Positions 48,137 to 58,955 of a DNA stretch of 64,000 nt are shown here, piece by piece. The DNA lies in the NCBI GenBank assembly GCA_036338695.1, contig JAYZBQ010000048.1:160001-224000 (forward strand), in the 5' to 3' direction. The notes beneath the pieces are model-generated. The model worked only from the letters and a program-made list of their open reading frames with translations, did no database searches and was not told the DNA's origin. How positions within the stretch are numbered: position 1 is the first letter of the stretch; each line of letters starts with the position of its first letter. Source of the DNA: Myxococcota bacterium. Lineage in GTDB: Bacteria > Myxococcota > UBA4151. The position numbers and the translations under genes were made by a program.

Positions 48137-50727
48137 TCGATTCCAAAGCTCGGGAAGAAAGGTACCCCAGCGATCCCCGAGTAGGCACGCTGGTCATACT
48201 GATAGATGTAGAACTCGATGTTTTGACGGTTGGTGAGGTTGAGCACGTCGACGTACCAGATAAACGCGTTGCGCTTCTCGGAGCTCTTTTTCTCGAGGCG
48301 CAGGTCCATCTGAAAGAAGTCCGGCAAGCGGTCACTGCGGCGCTCGCCGCGCAACGGACGATAAAAGCGGGCGTCGACATCGAAGCGGGCGCCAAAGCGA
48401 GGTGTTGTGGGGTTCCCCGTGATCCAACGAACCGTCGTCCCAAGCGACCAGCCACGACCCCACTTGTAGCCTAAAACCGATGACAAAATATGCGTCTGAT
48501 CCAGCGCAAACAACGTCCACCCCTCGTCCGGGTCGCCGCGGTCAAAGCGCTCCGAGCGGCTCAAAGTGTAGGCGAGCCAGCCGTACAGGGGCCGCGGGCT
48601 TGGGCGATGCCTCAACATCACCTCAACGCCGTACGCCCGCCCGTCACCGTTGTTGATCAGCCCAGGCTCTGAGCCGCCGGCGACAAAGTCAGGGTTCCCG
48701 CCGACGAGGTCGAACATCTTTTTGTAAAACAAGGTGAGGTCCGCGTGAAAGAACGGGTCAGGACGATACTCGTACCCCAAGCCGTACTGCCACGTGCCTT
48801 TGAGCTTGAGCTCGGGGTTACCAAAACTATCCGACAGCTCTTGCGGCTCCGGCAGCTTGGAGTACTTACCGCCGCTCATCTTGAGCAGGTGGCGATCTTT
48901 GGGCGCCAACATCAGCCGAGCCTGAAGCCGAGGCTCCACCGAATAACGCCGCTGACCCTCCCAGACATAGGCGTCAAAGCGCACGCCCGGGAGCAGCGTG
49001 AGCCGACCGAACAGACGAGTCCTGAGGGTCGTGTGCAGACCATAACCCGCTCCTCGGTCCGACTCGTCGGTTTTGACGACGCCGAGATCCTCGGTGACGG
49101 CGCCGCCGGGGAACGTGCGCTCAAAACCTCCAAACACGGGCAGCTGCGTCTCGAGACCCAAGTTCTGAAAGCCTAGGTCGACGCCAGTGACGACATGCGT
49201 CTGTTTCGAGAAGCTGTACTTCAGATCCGAGCGGATCCCCAGCTCATAGATCCCAGCGTCCCAGTAGATGTCTTCGCCGAACTCACCGCCGGTGAACTGA
49301 TACCCCAGAAAGACCAACCCCTTGAGCTCAAGCGGTTTGGAGAGCTTGACGCGCCCATCGGCGACGAGTCGATGGACGCCGCCATGGATACCGAGACCGG
49401 GCGGCTCACCGTTGCGCCGGGCGGCGTCATCATCGGTCGCAGCGAGCACGAGGACGTCGTCGTACCCGTACATACGAACGCCCGCTCGCGTGCCCCCCTT
49501 TTTGTAGTCGAGTCGCGCCTGATAATCCCAGTAGATCGGTTGGATGCTCGCGTCCGGACCGCCCACCACGCTGGTCGCGAGCGGCAGCAAGACGTCGATG
49601 TACGATCGTCGACCGCTCAAACCGAAGCTCAAGTCCTTACGGCCTGCGACCGGCCCCTCGAGGCGAAACCCTGAATCGAGAAGGTCAACGTCGATCTTTC
49701 CGGACAGCCGGTCGCCCTTGGCGGGGCGGGAGCGCACCTCCACGATGCCGGCGATCGAGCGCCCGTAATGCGCCCCGAAGCCGCCAGGCAAAAAGTCCAG
49801 CTGATCGACAAAGTCGGGGTGAATCACCGACGGGCCGCCGCCTAGGTGAAAGAGCGCAGGGATCGGCACACCGTCCAGGTAGTAGCCGCTATCTTGTGGC
49901 TCTGCCCCGCGCACGACCAGACCGCCGCCGCCGCCGAGGAAGGGCGTTCGGGCGACCCCCGGCAGACGCTCAACGGCGCGGATGGGGTCCCCGAAGGTGC
50001 CCGGGACGCGCCCGAGTTCTTCAGCCTCCAGGATGCGCCGCGTCATGTGCGTCTCTTCCTTGCGACCCCGCACCACGGTGCGCAGCGCATTGCTCGCCCG
50101 CGGGCTGAGATACAGGGTCAGCTCGACCGCCTCATTCGGTTTCAAGGTGATCTCTTGCTGACGCGGAAAATAGCCGGGCGCGCTCGCTTGAAGGGTGCAC
50201 AACCCATCAGCGACCCCGCGTAACGCAAACCGCCCGCGCTCATCGGCTTGTGCGTCGACGTCTTGCCCGACGCAAGTCACATCAGCCGATGCGAGCACCA
50301 CCCCCGTTCCACCTTCGCGGATCCTCCCACTGATCCTCACGGGCTTGGGCTTTTCAACCTTCGACGCCTCAGGCGCAGGGTGCTGAAAATCAGCCTGCCA
50401 GGTGATGCGAACGGGGACCGTCCCTTGGGCGGTGGCGCCCGGGATAAAGGTGTAGTGCGGCATCACCGCAAACGCAGCCTGCGCAAACGCTGGGTCGTCA
50501 CAGGTCTGAACGGTGATCTCCTGGACTAACCCCGCGTCGTCGATGTCAACGATGAGGACACACGAGCCGTCTTTCCCTGTCCCGATGAGGGCTTGAGGGT
50601 ATTCTGGGTTCTGGCCGTTGATCAGCTCGGGCATCTGGATGAGGCCGCCAGCTGGCGCTGGCGCCGCATCGGGGGCGCCGGCGTTCGAGTCTGTGTTGAG
50701 CGCCGCCAAGAGAGCGAAAACCAGCAC
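48124..50727 (-). CDS. TonB-dependent receptor with N-terminal TonB-C and carboxypeptidase-regulatory-like domains
   Basis: PEYP TonB-C-like module, ISGRIRE..DERGRF, plug [18 protein letters not shown], barrel [12 protein letters not shown], terminal aromatic residue. Confidence 0.92.
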   Translation of the reverse strand: MLVFALLAALNTDSNAGAPDAAPAPAGGLIQMPELINGQNPEYPQALIGTGKDGSCVLIVDIDDAGLVQEITVQTCDDPAFAQAAFAVMPHYTFIPGATAQGTVPVRITWQADFQHPAPEASKVEKPKPVRISGRIREGGTGVVLASADVTCVGQDVDAQADERGRFALRGVADGLCTLQASAPGYFPRQQEITLKPNEAVELTLYLSPRASNALRTVVRGRKEETHMTRRILEAEELGRVPGTFGDPIRAVERLPGVARTPFLGGGGGLVVRGAEPQDSGYYLDGVPIPALFHLGGGPSVIHPDFVDQLDFLPGGFGAHYGRSIAGIVEVRSRPAKGDRLSGKIDVDLLDSGFRLEGPVAGRKDLSFGLSGRRSYIDVLLPLATSVVGGPDASIQPIYWDYQARLDYKKGGTRAGVRMYGYDDVLVLAATDDDAARRNGEPPGLGIHGGVHRLVADGRVKLSKPLELKGLVFLGYQFTGGEFGEDIYWDAGIYELGIRSDLKYSFSKQTHVVTGVDLGFQNLGLETQLPVFGGFERTFPGGAVTEDLGVVKTDESDRGAGYGLHTTLRTRLFGRLTLLPGVRFDAYVWEGQRRYSVEPRLQARLMLAPKDRHLLKMSGGKYSKLPEPQELSDSFGNPELKLKGTWQYGLGYEYRPDPFFHADLTLFYKKMFDLVGGNPDFVAGGSEPGLINNGDGRAYGVEVMLRHRPSPRPLYGWLAYTLSRSERFDRGDPDEGWTLFALDQTHILSSVLGYKWGRGWSLGTTVRWITGNPTTPRFGARFDVDARFYRPLRGERRSDRLPDFFQMDLRLEKKSSEKRNAFIWYVDVLNLTNRQNIEFYIYQYDQRAYSGIAGVPFFPSFGIEWSW

Positions 50728-50845
50728 CTATTCGACCTCCACGAGCGGGGTAGCCGCAAATGACAGGGCTTGCCAATTGAGATCGAGGACTTGTGGACGG
50801 CTGCAGGCTGCCTACGTTGAGACTCGCGCCACGCGAGGTGAGACG

Positions 50846-51907
50846 ATGAGCCAAGACTATTACGAGGTACTCGGTGTTGACCGCAACGCCGACGCCCGGA
50901 CCATCAAAAAGGCGTACCGCAAAATCGCGCTCGCCAACCACCCCGACCAAAACCCAGACGACGCCGAAGCCGAGGCGCGCTTTCGCGCCGCGAGCCAAGC
51001 CTATTCAGTGCTCAGCGATGACGAGAAGCGCAGCCTGTACGATCAATACGGGGAGGCAGGCCTGAGCGGTGGCGGACCGAGCATGCACAACATCAACATC
51101 GAGGATATCTTCGGCAGCTTCGGCGATATCTTTGAGGGCATGTTCGGCGGCAGCGGTCGGCGCCAGCAGGGACCACGGCGTGGCGCAGACTTGCGCATTC
51201 GCGTCCCGGTGACTTGGCAACAAACGATCGACGGCGCCTCTCGCAGCCTCAACATCCCTCGGCATGACGCCTGCGGTTCGTGCGAGGGGACCGGCTCGGC
51301 GAGCAAAGCGCCACCGACGCTCTGCGGTCACTGCGGCGGCAGCGGGCAGGTGGCAGCGCGCCAAGGCTTCTTTGTGATGTCGACGCCCTGTCCCCACTGC
51401 TCAGGACAGGGCTACGTCATCGCCGACCCCTGCTCGGCCTGCGCTGGGACCGGCAAAGAGCGGACCGAGGCCACGGTCAAGATCGACATCCCAGCGGGCG
51501 TCGACAATGGCATGCAGATGCGCCTACGCGGCGAAGGCGAGCTCGGCGATCCGGGTCAAGCGCGCGGTGACCTCTTGGTCGTCTTCCAGACCCAACCGCC
51601 TCCCGACGGCTGGGAGCGAGACCGAAAAGACCTGCACCACCTACTGCCCCTAGAGCTTCCGGATGCGGTGCTCGGCGCCCAACACACCATCGAGGGCCCT
51701 CGCGGCGAGCTCAAAGTCACCGTGCCCGCCGGCGCGAGCGAAGGGCAGACGATCACCCTGCGCGGCGAAGGGCTCGATGACGTTGAAGGCGGCCGGCGCG
51801 GTCACGTCGTCCTGCACGTGGGCTTGTCGGTCCCTCAAAAGCTGAGCCGGCAGCAACGCAAGGCGTGGGAGAAGCTGCGAGAGCAGTCGCGGTCGTCACG
51901 CCACTAG
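50846..51907 (+). CDS. dnaJ: Molecular chaperone DnaJ
   Basis: [13 protein letters not shown] region, four CxxCxGx[12 protein letters not shown] 50846 with GAGGTG. Confidence 0.93.
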   Translation: MSQDYYEVLGVDRNADARTIKKAYRKIALANHPDQNPDDAEAEARFRAASQAYSVLSDDEKRSLYDQYGEAGLSGGGPSMHNINIEDIFGSFGDIFEGMFGGSGRRQQGPRRGADLRIRVPVTWQQTIDGASRSLNIPRHDACGSCEGTGSASKAPPTLCGHCGGSGQVAARQGFFVMSTPCPHCSGQGYVIADPCSACAGTGKERTEATVKIDIPAGVDNGMQMRLRGEGELGDPGQARGDLLVVFQTQPPPDGWERDRKDLHHLLPLELPDAVLGAQHTIEGPRGELKVTVPAGASEGQTITLRGEGLDDVEGGRRGHVVLHVGLSVPQKLSRQQRKAWEKLREQSRSSRH

Positions 51908-52249
51908 GCGGGCGCAGCGCAGCCCCGCCCAGACCGCCAGCAAACCGCCGACGACGCTGATCACGGCGTAGGTCAGCACCAGCGAGAGCGGCTTCGTCTC
52001 GAGCAGCTCGACCATGAAGGTCGAAAAAGTCGTCAGGGCGCCGCACAAACCCGCCACAACAAACAGATAAAGCAGAGAATCGTGGCGAACCAGGCTCATG
52101 ATCAGGCCAGCCGTAAAACAACCGACTAGGTTGGCGGCAAGGGTGCCTACAGGGAGCGCCTGCCCATGGTTGAGCCCGCCGAGCGCCCACCTCAGCGCGG
52201 CGCCCATCGCCCCCCCCAACATTACAACAAGATACTGTTTTAACAGCAA
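51896..52249 (-). CDS. crcB: Fluoride efflux channel CrcB/FluC
   Basis: [30 protein letters not shown]. Confidence 0.92.
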   Translation of the reverse strand: MLLKQYLVVMLGGAMGAALRWALGGLNHGQALPVGTLAANLVGCFTAGLIMSLVRHDSLLYLFVVAGLCGALTTFSTFMVELLETKPLSLVLTYAVISVVGGLLAVWAGLRCARLVA

Positions 52250-52415
52250 AATAGACTGTCTCGCCGGGCTGGAAATAGACTTCTGATCGGACGCTAATGC
52301 TGGCGCAGATCGCTTGTCAATAGCGACGCGAAAAGCTCGGACTTCCGAACTGGAGGCCCGCCGTTTTATCTGCTATGCTGCCCAAAGCAGGGTGCCCTGG
52401 CACCAAGGAGGCTTA

Positions 52416-52931
52416 ATGCAGGATCTTGAATTCGCTGTCGGTGACCTGGCGGTCTACCCAGCCCAAGGCGTAGCGAAAGTGGTCGCGATCGAATCCAGAG
52501 AACTGGGCGGTCAGGAGTCAACCTTCTACGTCCTGCGCGTGCTCGACAACAACATGCGCGTGATGGTCCCAGTGACCAAGTCGGTTCAGGTCGGACTGCG
52601 CGGCTTGGTAGGCGATGACGAGATCGAAGCCGTGTACGAGATCCTCCGAACTCGTGAGCTTGCGGTCGATCGGACGACGTGGAACCGCCGGCAGCGCGAG
52701 TACACGGAGAAGATCCGCTCAGGGTCGATCTTTGAGGTCGCTGAGGTGATGCGAGATCTCTGCCTGCTCCGCACCGGGAAAGACCTCAGCTTTGGTGAGC
52801 GGAAGATGCTCGATACCGCTAAGGGTCTGCTGCTCAATGAGCTCAGCGTGGCGCGCGACATCGACCCGCAGATCATTGAGGATGAGTTTGAAGAGATCTT
52901 CGTAGAGGCAGACCCGGAGGCGGTCGCCTAA
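52416..52931 (+). CDS. carD: CarD/CdnL family RNA polymerase-binding regulator
   Basis: FAVGDLAVYPAQGV, VGLR, WNRRQRE, LSFGERKML; no AT-hook tail (CdnL type); AAGGAGG RBS. Confidence 0.95.
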   Translation: MQDLEFAVGDLAVYPAQGVAKVVAIESRELGGQESTFYVLRVLDNNMRVMVPVTKSVQVGLRGLVGDDEIEAVYEILRTRELAVDRTTWNRRQREYTEKIRSGSIFEVAEVMRDLCLLRTGKDLSFGERKMLDTAKGLLLNELSVARDIDPQIIEDEFEEIFVEADPEAVA

Positions 52932-52959
52932 CGCATTCGAGCGGCTTAACGAACCGAGC

Positions 52960-52994
52960 AGACACGCGCCGACCGCCGGCGCGTGTCTTTTTTT
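52960..52994 (+). terminator. Intrinsic terminator after carD/cdnL
   Basis: 12-bp stem AGACACGCGCCG/CGGCGCGTGTCT, 5-nt loop, T-run. Confidence 0.9.
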
Positions 52995-54444
52995 AGCGTC
53001 GCTGTCGGACGATCTCGACCGCCTGATAGATAAGCACCAGCTCGCGCAGCAGCGAATCCGCTCGACCTCCCATCGCCTCGACCTCGGAGCGCACGGCGTC
53101 GATCACCGACCAGGCGAAGGTCTCATCGGCTGAGCGATCGACCAGCTGCTGCAGCGCGTCGATCACGTTGATCAACTGAGCGGCCATCCGAATCGAGGGC
53201 TCCGTCTCCTCAAGCGCCGGAACATCTTGCGGCGCGAGCGAGACGCCCGACTCATGCTCTACGCTCTGCCCGGCCTCGTCTTGGTAGACCACGTGACCAA
53301 AGAAGATGGGGTCACCTGGCTGGTCAGCTCCCGCCTCGAGCGCAAGCCGCAGGAACATACCGCCGCCACCGCGCGACAAGAAGACGGTCGGGACCGTCAA
53401 ACCGATGCAGCGCCCGGCTGGCTGACCATCACAACGCCCTGTTCCAGCACCCGCCAAACCATACGCATCAACGATCTCATAGCCGGCCGGCGCCAAGAGG
53501 CTGATCTCAAGGTCATAAGCGAGCGGGGTCACCATCAAGTCAAAGTCACGCTCGAACACGCGACGAATCTTCTCCGGTGTCTCGAGGTGGAAATAGTTCC
53601 CGCCGCGCACCTGCGACACTTGGTTCGCTAGGTCCGCACCAAAATCGATGCCCACGCCAAAGCTGCTCACGCCGATCCCGTCATCGGCTGCCTCCTCAAG
53701 GATGCGGACGAACGAGCGCCCGTCGCGCACGCCCTGGTTCGGGTGCATGTCGGTAAAGAGCATAGCGCGATGAAGCGTCGTGGTTCGATTCTCCTCGGTC
53801 AGGTTCAGGCGCAGCTGCTCAAAGCTTGCGTCCAAACCAGCGCCGATGTTCGTCCCCCCGCCCGCTTGGAGGCGGTCAACGGCGTCGCGCAGGCGCTGTT
53901 TCTCAGACCCAGCCGTCGGGCCGATCAGGACGGTCGCCTCATTATTGAACGTGACCAGACTGAACACGTCGTCGTCGTTGAGCGAATCAACCAAGCTGCG
54001 CAGCGCGTCGCGCGTCGCGCCGATCCGGTCGCCGCTCATCGAGCCGCTGACATCGACCGCCAGGCTGAGGTTTAAGGGCTTGCGCTCAAATGGGGTCTCG
54101 ATCCCCGTATCAAAACCGATCTGGACCAAGGTCTCCGAAGTGCCCTCAACGCCGATCAGGTCGACGGTTCCTACCCGCGCCTCAACGCACAAAGTTTGGC
54201 CGCTGAGGCAGGGCTCGGGGTTGGCAAAGCCTAGGTCATGCTCCGAGAAGATGCCTGCGTAGGTCAGCATCTCCCGGCTCGGCAAACTCCCCCGGTTCAA
54301 CATCTGCCGCGCAGCGCCGATGTCTTGTTGCCCGCCGGGCGTTGCGCCGAGATCCGCCTCTGCGGCAACGCTCGCCATCCCCAAGTCGCTCGAGCCGCAG
54401 GCGGCCGCCAAACCCATCACGCACCAAAACCCGAGCCGTCGCAT
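52993..54444 (-). CDS. vWA-domain lipoprotein (YfbK-like)
   Basis: Lipobox AAA-C, LNLSLAVDVSGSM MIDAS, GGGTNI, MLFTD, GGNY; GAGGAG before ATG 54444. Confidence 0.88.
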   Translation of the reverse strand: MRRLGFWCVMGLAAACGSSDLGMASVAAEADLGATPGGQQDIGAARQMLNRGSLPSREMLTYAGIFSEHDLGFANPEPCLSGQTLCVEARVGTVDLIGVEGTSETLVQIGFDTGIETPFERKPLNLSLAVDVSGSMSGDRIGATRDALRSLVDSLNDDDVFSLVTFNNEATVLIGPTAGSEKQRLRDAVDRLQAGGGTNIGAGLDASFEQLRLNLTEENRTTTLHRAMLFTDMHPNQGVRDGRSFVRILEEAADDGIGVSSFGVGIDFGADLANQVSQVRGGNYFHLETPEKIRRVFERDFDLMVTPLAYDLEISLLAPAGYEIVDAYGLAGAGTGRCDGQPAGRCIGLTVPTVFLSRGGGGMFLRLALEAGADQPGDPIFFGHVVYQDEAGQSVEHESGVSLAPQDVPALEETEPSIRMAAQLINVIDALQQLVDRSADETFAWSVIDAVRSEVEAMGGRADSLLRELVLIYQAVEIVRQRR

Positions 54445-54509
54445 GAAAATCTCCTCATCAACCAACGGAACGTTTGCCAGACCCTGGCTGCGCGTGCAAA
54501 CGCCCGGTC

Positions 54510-55637
54510 ATGATCAAGCCGGTTTGGGGCATCGTCGCAGCTGCAGGCAAGGCGCGTCGCTTTGGGCGCGATAAGCTCGCCCGGCGCCTCGAGGGTGGCG
54601 ATACGGTCCTCGTTCAGTCCTGCAAGCGCTTGCTCGAGGGCGGGGTCGAGCGCCTCGTGATCGTCGGCGACCCTGCCGAGGAACACGGCCTCGAGCAGCT
54701 CGAAGAGGCCCTTTTTGCGGTCGTCCCCGGAGGCGAAGAGCGCAGCGACAGCATCCGCGCAGGGCTTGAGGCCCTCCCCGATGAGGTCGAGTGGGTGGCC
54801 GTTCACGATGCGGCGCGCCCCTTCGTGAGCGCTGACTTGGTCCATGCGGTCATCAAGCAGGGGCAAAAAACCGGCGCCGCCGTCCCGACCCTTGAATGCG
54901 TCGACACCATCGCCGAGATCGAGGGTCATCACCTCAGGAAGCCGCTCAAACGCACACAACTCCGGCGGGTTCAGACCCCCCAAGTGATGAGGCGAGATTG
55001 GCTCGCACAGGTCGTCGAGCAGGCGGCGGCGACCGACGAGTCCAGCGTCCTCATGGCGCTCGGGCATCCCGTGGCCGCCGTGCCCGGTGATGAGGAGAAC
55101 ATCAAAGTGACCTACGCCCGAGATCTCGCCCCGAAGGCGCCGCGTAAAAGCGTCACCGCCATGGGTTTCGATGTCCACCGCTATGACCCTGGCCGCCCCC
55201 TCTACTTGGGGGGGGTGCACCTCGAAGGCGAGGTCGGGCTCGCCGGTCACAGCGACGCCGACGTGCTGCTCCATGCGCTCGTGGATGCGCTGCTTGGCGG
55301 GGTGAGCGAGGGCGATATCGGCACCCATTTCCCGCCGAGCGACGAGCGGTTTCGGGATGCGCCTTCGAGCCGCTTTGTCGAGCACGCGCTCAGGCTGGTC
55401 CGAGCGCGCGGCGCCGTCATCGACCACGTCGACCTCACCGTCATCGGCGAGCGCCCGCGCATGAGCCCCTACCGAGCGGCGATCCGCGCTCGCCTCAGCG
55501 AGCTGCTCGCGCTCCCCATCGAGTCCGTAAGCCTCAAGGCCACGACCACCGAAGGGCTCGGTTTTACAGGCCGAGGAGAAGGGCTTGCGGCGCAAGCGGT
55601 TGTCAGCCTAACGCTTCCGCTCACGACGGGAGCGTAG
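54510..55637 (+). CDS. ispDF: Bifunctional IspD/IspF (MEP pathway)
   Basis: AAG..RFG..K, HDAARP, QTPQ, NIKVT; GFDVH, HSDADV, DIGTHFP, KATTTEGLGFTGRGEG. Confidence 0.95.
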   Translation: MIKPVWGIVAAAGKARRFGRDKLARRLEGGDTVLVQSCKRLLEGGVERLVIVGDPAEEHGLEQLEEALFAVVPGGEERSDSIRAGLEALPDEVEWVAVHDAARPFVSADLVHAVIKQGQKTGAAVPTLECVDTIAEIEGHHLRKPLKRTQLRRVQTPQVMRRDWLAQVVEQAAATDESSVLMALGHPVAAVPGDEENIKVTYARDLAPKAPRKSVTAMGFDVHRYDPGRPLYLGGVHLEGEVGLAGHSDADVLLHALVDALLGGVSEGDIGTHFPPSDERFRDAPSSRFVEHALRLVRARGAVIDHVDLTVIGERPRMSPYRAAIRARLSELLALPIESVSLKATTTEGLGFTGRGEGLAAQAVVSLTLPLTTGA

Positions 55638-55640
55638 GCG

Positions 55641-56381
55641 ATGGACTGCCCAGGATGCGGAGCACGGCTCGAAGCGGACGCCACAAGCTGCCATCAGTGC
55701 GGGATGCGCTTCGACCACGACGAGGAGTTCTCGATCGACTGGGGCGCCATCGACCGCGCCCACCGCCGCCAGCGCCGACCGCTCTCGAGCAAGATCATGC
55801 CGCTGATCCTGTGGACGATCTCCATGGCGATGCTGATCTGGCTCGCCAGCCCCTATCAACCGATCACGCAGTACATCCTCGCTCAGGACGAAGCGGTCGA
55901 TCTGCGACAAGCGCTCAACGACAACCAAGCCTTCCCGCCTGACGGGACCTACGTCAGCGGCAAAGAGCTGGCGCTGGGTTACAAGGGTGCCGAGTGGATG
56001 CGCCTGCGTCGCTTCGGGATCACCCGTGAAGAGGTGGTCTACATCCAGATCATCGGCGCCGTCTGCCCGTACGAGATGCCGCGCGACCGCTGCCGAAAAG
56101 TGCTGATCGAGGTACCGAAATCGAGCGACGAGTTCGACAACTTCAGGCCCGCCACGGTGGTGAACGTGGACGGCCGGTTACGAAAAATCACGAAAGACAG
56201 CGAATTCGCTCCCTTGATCCCCTTTCTTGCCAGCGAGATGCTCATGGACGTCGACGGCGCCTACGTGATCGCGCACGGCGTCCGGCCCCGCTGGGGTCAA
56301 GACGCGTGGACCTTCTGGGGCGTCGTGGCGCTGATCACCCTCTTGCTGGGATTTTTCCTCTGGCGGCTAATCAGGAGCTGA
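55641..56381 (+). CDS. Zinc-ribbon membrane protein
   Basis: CPGCG..CHQCG N-terminus, two TMs flanking an extracytoplasmic domain. Confidence 0.75.
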   Translation: MDCPGCGARLEADATSCHQCGMRFDHDEEFSIDWGAIDRAHRRQRRPLSSKIMPLILWTISMAMLIWLASPYQPITQYILAQDEAVDLRQALNDNQAFPPDGTYVSGKELALGYKGAEWMRLRRFGITREEVVYIQIIGAVCPYEMPRDRCRKVLIEVPKSSDEFDNFRPATVVNVDGRLRKITKDSEFAPLIPFLASEMLMDVDGAYVIAHGVRPRWGQDAWTFWGVVALITLLLGFFLWRLIRS

Positions 56382-56523
56382 CACCAATTCAGCGTTCGCC
56401 AAATCGCAACTTTCTGGCTTTAGTTTTTATTTTTCCGCGCCTATGTAGCGCACGCTATGCGATAGGCTAATCTGTCGCCCGCAAGTTACGGATCGGCGAA
56501 GCGCCGATGAAAGGAAGTTGCCG

Positions 56524-58944
56524 ATGAACTATCGGATGATGTGTGTTGTAATGCTGTCCGGTGCGCTCGCTGCGTGCCAAGGGCCTGCGGGCGCAGACGG
56601 CGCGGCAGGACCCGCCGGCGAAACCGGCCCTCAGGGCGAACAAGGTGTCACAGGTGACAACGGCGCCGATGGTCAAGACCTGGCGGCGCCCGAAGCGGCG
56701 ATCGCCTCGGTTGCGCCCAACGCCTTGCTGGTCGGTCGCACCACCACCCTGCGGATTGTAGGGTACTTCACCGAATGGGATGAGACCACCACGGTCCGCC
56801 TGACGGACGCCGACAACAACGACGTCGAAGGTGTCGAGATCGAGACGGTGCTGGTCAGCGCGGTCGGTCTAGTCGCTAACGTCACCGTCGCAGACTCCGT
56901 AGCGCTCGGCGCCCTCAAGCTGCACGTCTTCACCGGCGAGACCTCCCAGGTCTACATGCCGGAAGGTGCCTCGGTCACCGTCACGGCGACGGCGACCTCC
57001 AGCCAGAGCGAGCTCCAAGCAGGCGAGACCTTCGACATCCTGCTCGAGACCGCCGAGTACATGGCGAGCCCGACCCTCAGCGTCGAAAACTGCGCCGGCG
57101 TGCGCAACGCCTCGATCGGTCGCTACAGCCAGTACAAATTCCGCGTCACCGGCTTCATGCACCCCGCCACCACGCTGGGTGATTGCGCCATGGTGCTCAC
57201 GCAAGACCCCGACACGGATGACGCCTGGTCGAGCGCAGTGGTCGTCACGATCACGGCGCCAGACGTCACCACCTTCACCGAAGGTGCCGCAACGGGTCAG
57301 CTGACCGCCGAGCGCAACTTCCGCACCGTGGCGGTCCCCGCCGGTGCCGGTGAGGTCGTCAGCCTGCGCCACACGATCGACGAAGCCAACAACCTCGACG
57401 GCACGGGCGCCGACATCTACGTCTTTGTCGAGGGCAACTACGAGCCGATCGCCGTGTATGAGGGCGGCGATCGCTGGCTCGAGGCCGCCAGCATCGAGGC
57501 GCGCGAGCTGCTGGTCGTGGTCCAAGACGCCGAACTTGAAGAGGGCGACGATCCGGTCACCTTCAACCTGACGCAGATCACCCCGAACACCACCATGACC
57601 GCGCTTCAAGACGGCGCCACCCAAGGCCAGCGCCTCCCGGCGAACGACGCCGGCGCCAACGAAGCCGGGCGCGGCAGCTGGTACACCATCACCAACGAAG
57701 GTCCGGTCTGGACGACACTGACCATCGCCCCTGCAGACGATACGACCTTTCAGTCGAGCTTCGCCGTGATCAAAGATGACGTCGTCGTCGACACGGGCGA
57801 GACCACTTGGGAGGGTGTACTCGAAGCCGGCACCTACATCCTCGCCGTGCTCGACGACGAGCAGGCGGAAGAGGACGGCGTGCTCAGCTTTGGTGTCGAG
57901 CTCAACCGCACCGTGCTCCTTCAGACGGACGAAAACGGAGCGGCGACGGGCACGCTGCAGACGGACGCAACAGATTCTTATCTGGTGACCGTCCCCGCAG
58001 GCCATGTGGCAACCTTTAGCGCCACGCGCGACGACAACGCCGACATCAACGTGAGCGCCTCGTGGGCGGGCTCCAACGATGTGATCGCAGAAGGCTCGGG
58101 CGATGTCACGGTTCCGTCTGCCGAAGGTGGGCTGTTGTTGGTCCGTCTGTCTGCTGACGGTGATTTGGGTGAGGGGGCCGCTTACAGTGCCTCGTTCAGC
58201 ACACAAGAAGCAGCCGTGTTGGACTTCGACAACGCCAACGAGGGCAGTGTCCCGGCGGATGGTCATGCATGGTTCATGGGATCACTTGAATCAGCAGCGC
58301 TGGTGTCGCTAACGGTTACTCCGGGGAACGCCGAGCACCTGCAAACCACAACAGCGATTTATTCGGGCACCGGTGCCCCGCTGATCAACGGTGCCGACAC
58401 ACTGGAAGCCTCGGTCGCCACCTCATTCTTCATCGCAGTTGGCGATGCTGAGTTCGTCGCGGAGCAGGACCAGTCATTCAGCCTCAATGTAAGCGCTGCG
58501 CCCAACTACATCGCGGACTGCTACGACGAGTCCACCTTGCTGGAAATGCCGGCAAACCAAACCAACACCTGGTCGGTTGAGGGAACGTGGACCAATACAA
58601 CGGCCATCGGTCCCACCAGTTGGAATGGAGCCGCTTACCCGATGGTGCCGTATGCATTGGTGGTACCTCAGGCTTCGACGCTAGACGCCTATCTGGAGGC
58701 AGGGTTTGACACCCGGTTGGTGGTACTGGCTGGCTGCACCACCACAAGCTTCTACAGTGGCAACACGGTAGCTCACAACGACGATGGCAATGACTGGAAC
58801 GGAAACGACCTCGGCCTCCGAAGTGGGGTTAACGGCGTCGCGCTCGAACCAGGCGTTTACCGTGTCGGCGTTGCTACCTACTCGGCTAATGGTGTCGCAC
58901 CAGGCAGTGAGTTCACACTAAACTGGCGCTTGCGAGCGCAGTAG
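56524..58944 (+). CDS. Collagen-repeat surface lipoprotein with Ig-like and PPC-like domains
   Basis: Lipobox LAA-C, 11 Gly-X-Y triplets (56581-56679), acidic beta-rich modules, terminal FDTRL..NDDG..LEPGVY. Confidence 0.85.
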   Translation: MNYRMMCVVMLSGALAACQGPAGADGAAGPAGETGPQGEQGVTGDNGADGQDLAAPEAAIASVAPNALLVGRTTTLRIVGYFTEWDETTTVRLTDADNNDVEGVEIETVLVSAVGLVANVTVADSVALGALKLHVFTGETSQVYMPEGASVTVTATATSSQSELQAGETFDILLETAEYMASPTLSVENCAGVRNASIGRYSQYKFRVTGFMHPATTLGDCAMVLTQDPDTDDAWSSAVVVTITAPDVTTFTEGAATGQLTAERNFRTVAVPAGAGEVVSLRHTIDEANNLDGTGADIYVFVEGNYEPIAVYEGGDRWLEAASIEARELLVVVQDAELEEGDDPVTFNLTQITPNTTMTALQDGATQGQRLPANDAGANEAGRGSWYTITNEGPVWTTLTIAPADDTTFQSSFAVIKDDVVVDTGETTWEGVLEAGTYILAVLDDEQAEEDGVLSFGVELNRTVLLQTDENGAATGTLQTDATDSYLVTVPAGHVATFSATRDDNADINVSASWAGSNDVIAEGSGDVTVPSAEGGLLLVRLSADGDLGEGAAYSASFSTQEAAVLDFDNANEGSVPADGHAWFMGSLESAALVSLTVTPGNAEHLQTTTAIYSGTGAPLINGADTLEASVATSFFIAVGDAEFVAEQDQSFSLNVSAAPNYIADCYDESTLLEMPANQTNTWSVEGTWTNTTAIGPTSWNGAAYPMVPYALVVPQASTLDAYLEAGFDTRLVVLAGCTTTSFYSGNTVAHNDDGNDWNGNDLGLRSGVNGVALEPGVYRVGVATYSANGVAPGSEFTLNWRLRAQ

Positions 58945-58955
58945 GGACTAGATCG

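Noticed and set aside
56461..56523. c-di-GMP-I (GEMM) riboswitch
   Set aside because: Only fragments resemble it; the GNRA-capped stem and receptor are missing, so it is kept only as an unnamed structured leader
57965..58944. Diversity-generating retroelement target
   Set aside because: No reverse transcriptase and no template/variable repeat pair differing at adenines seen in the window
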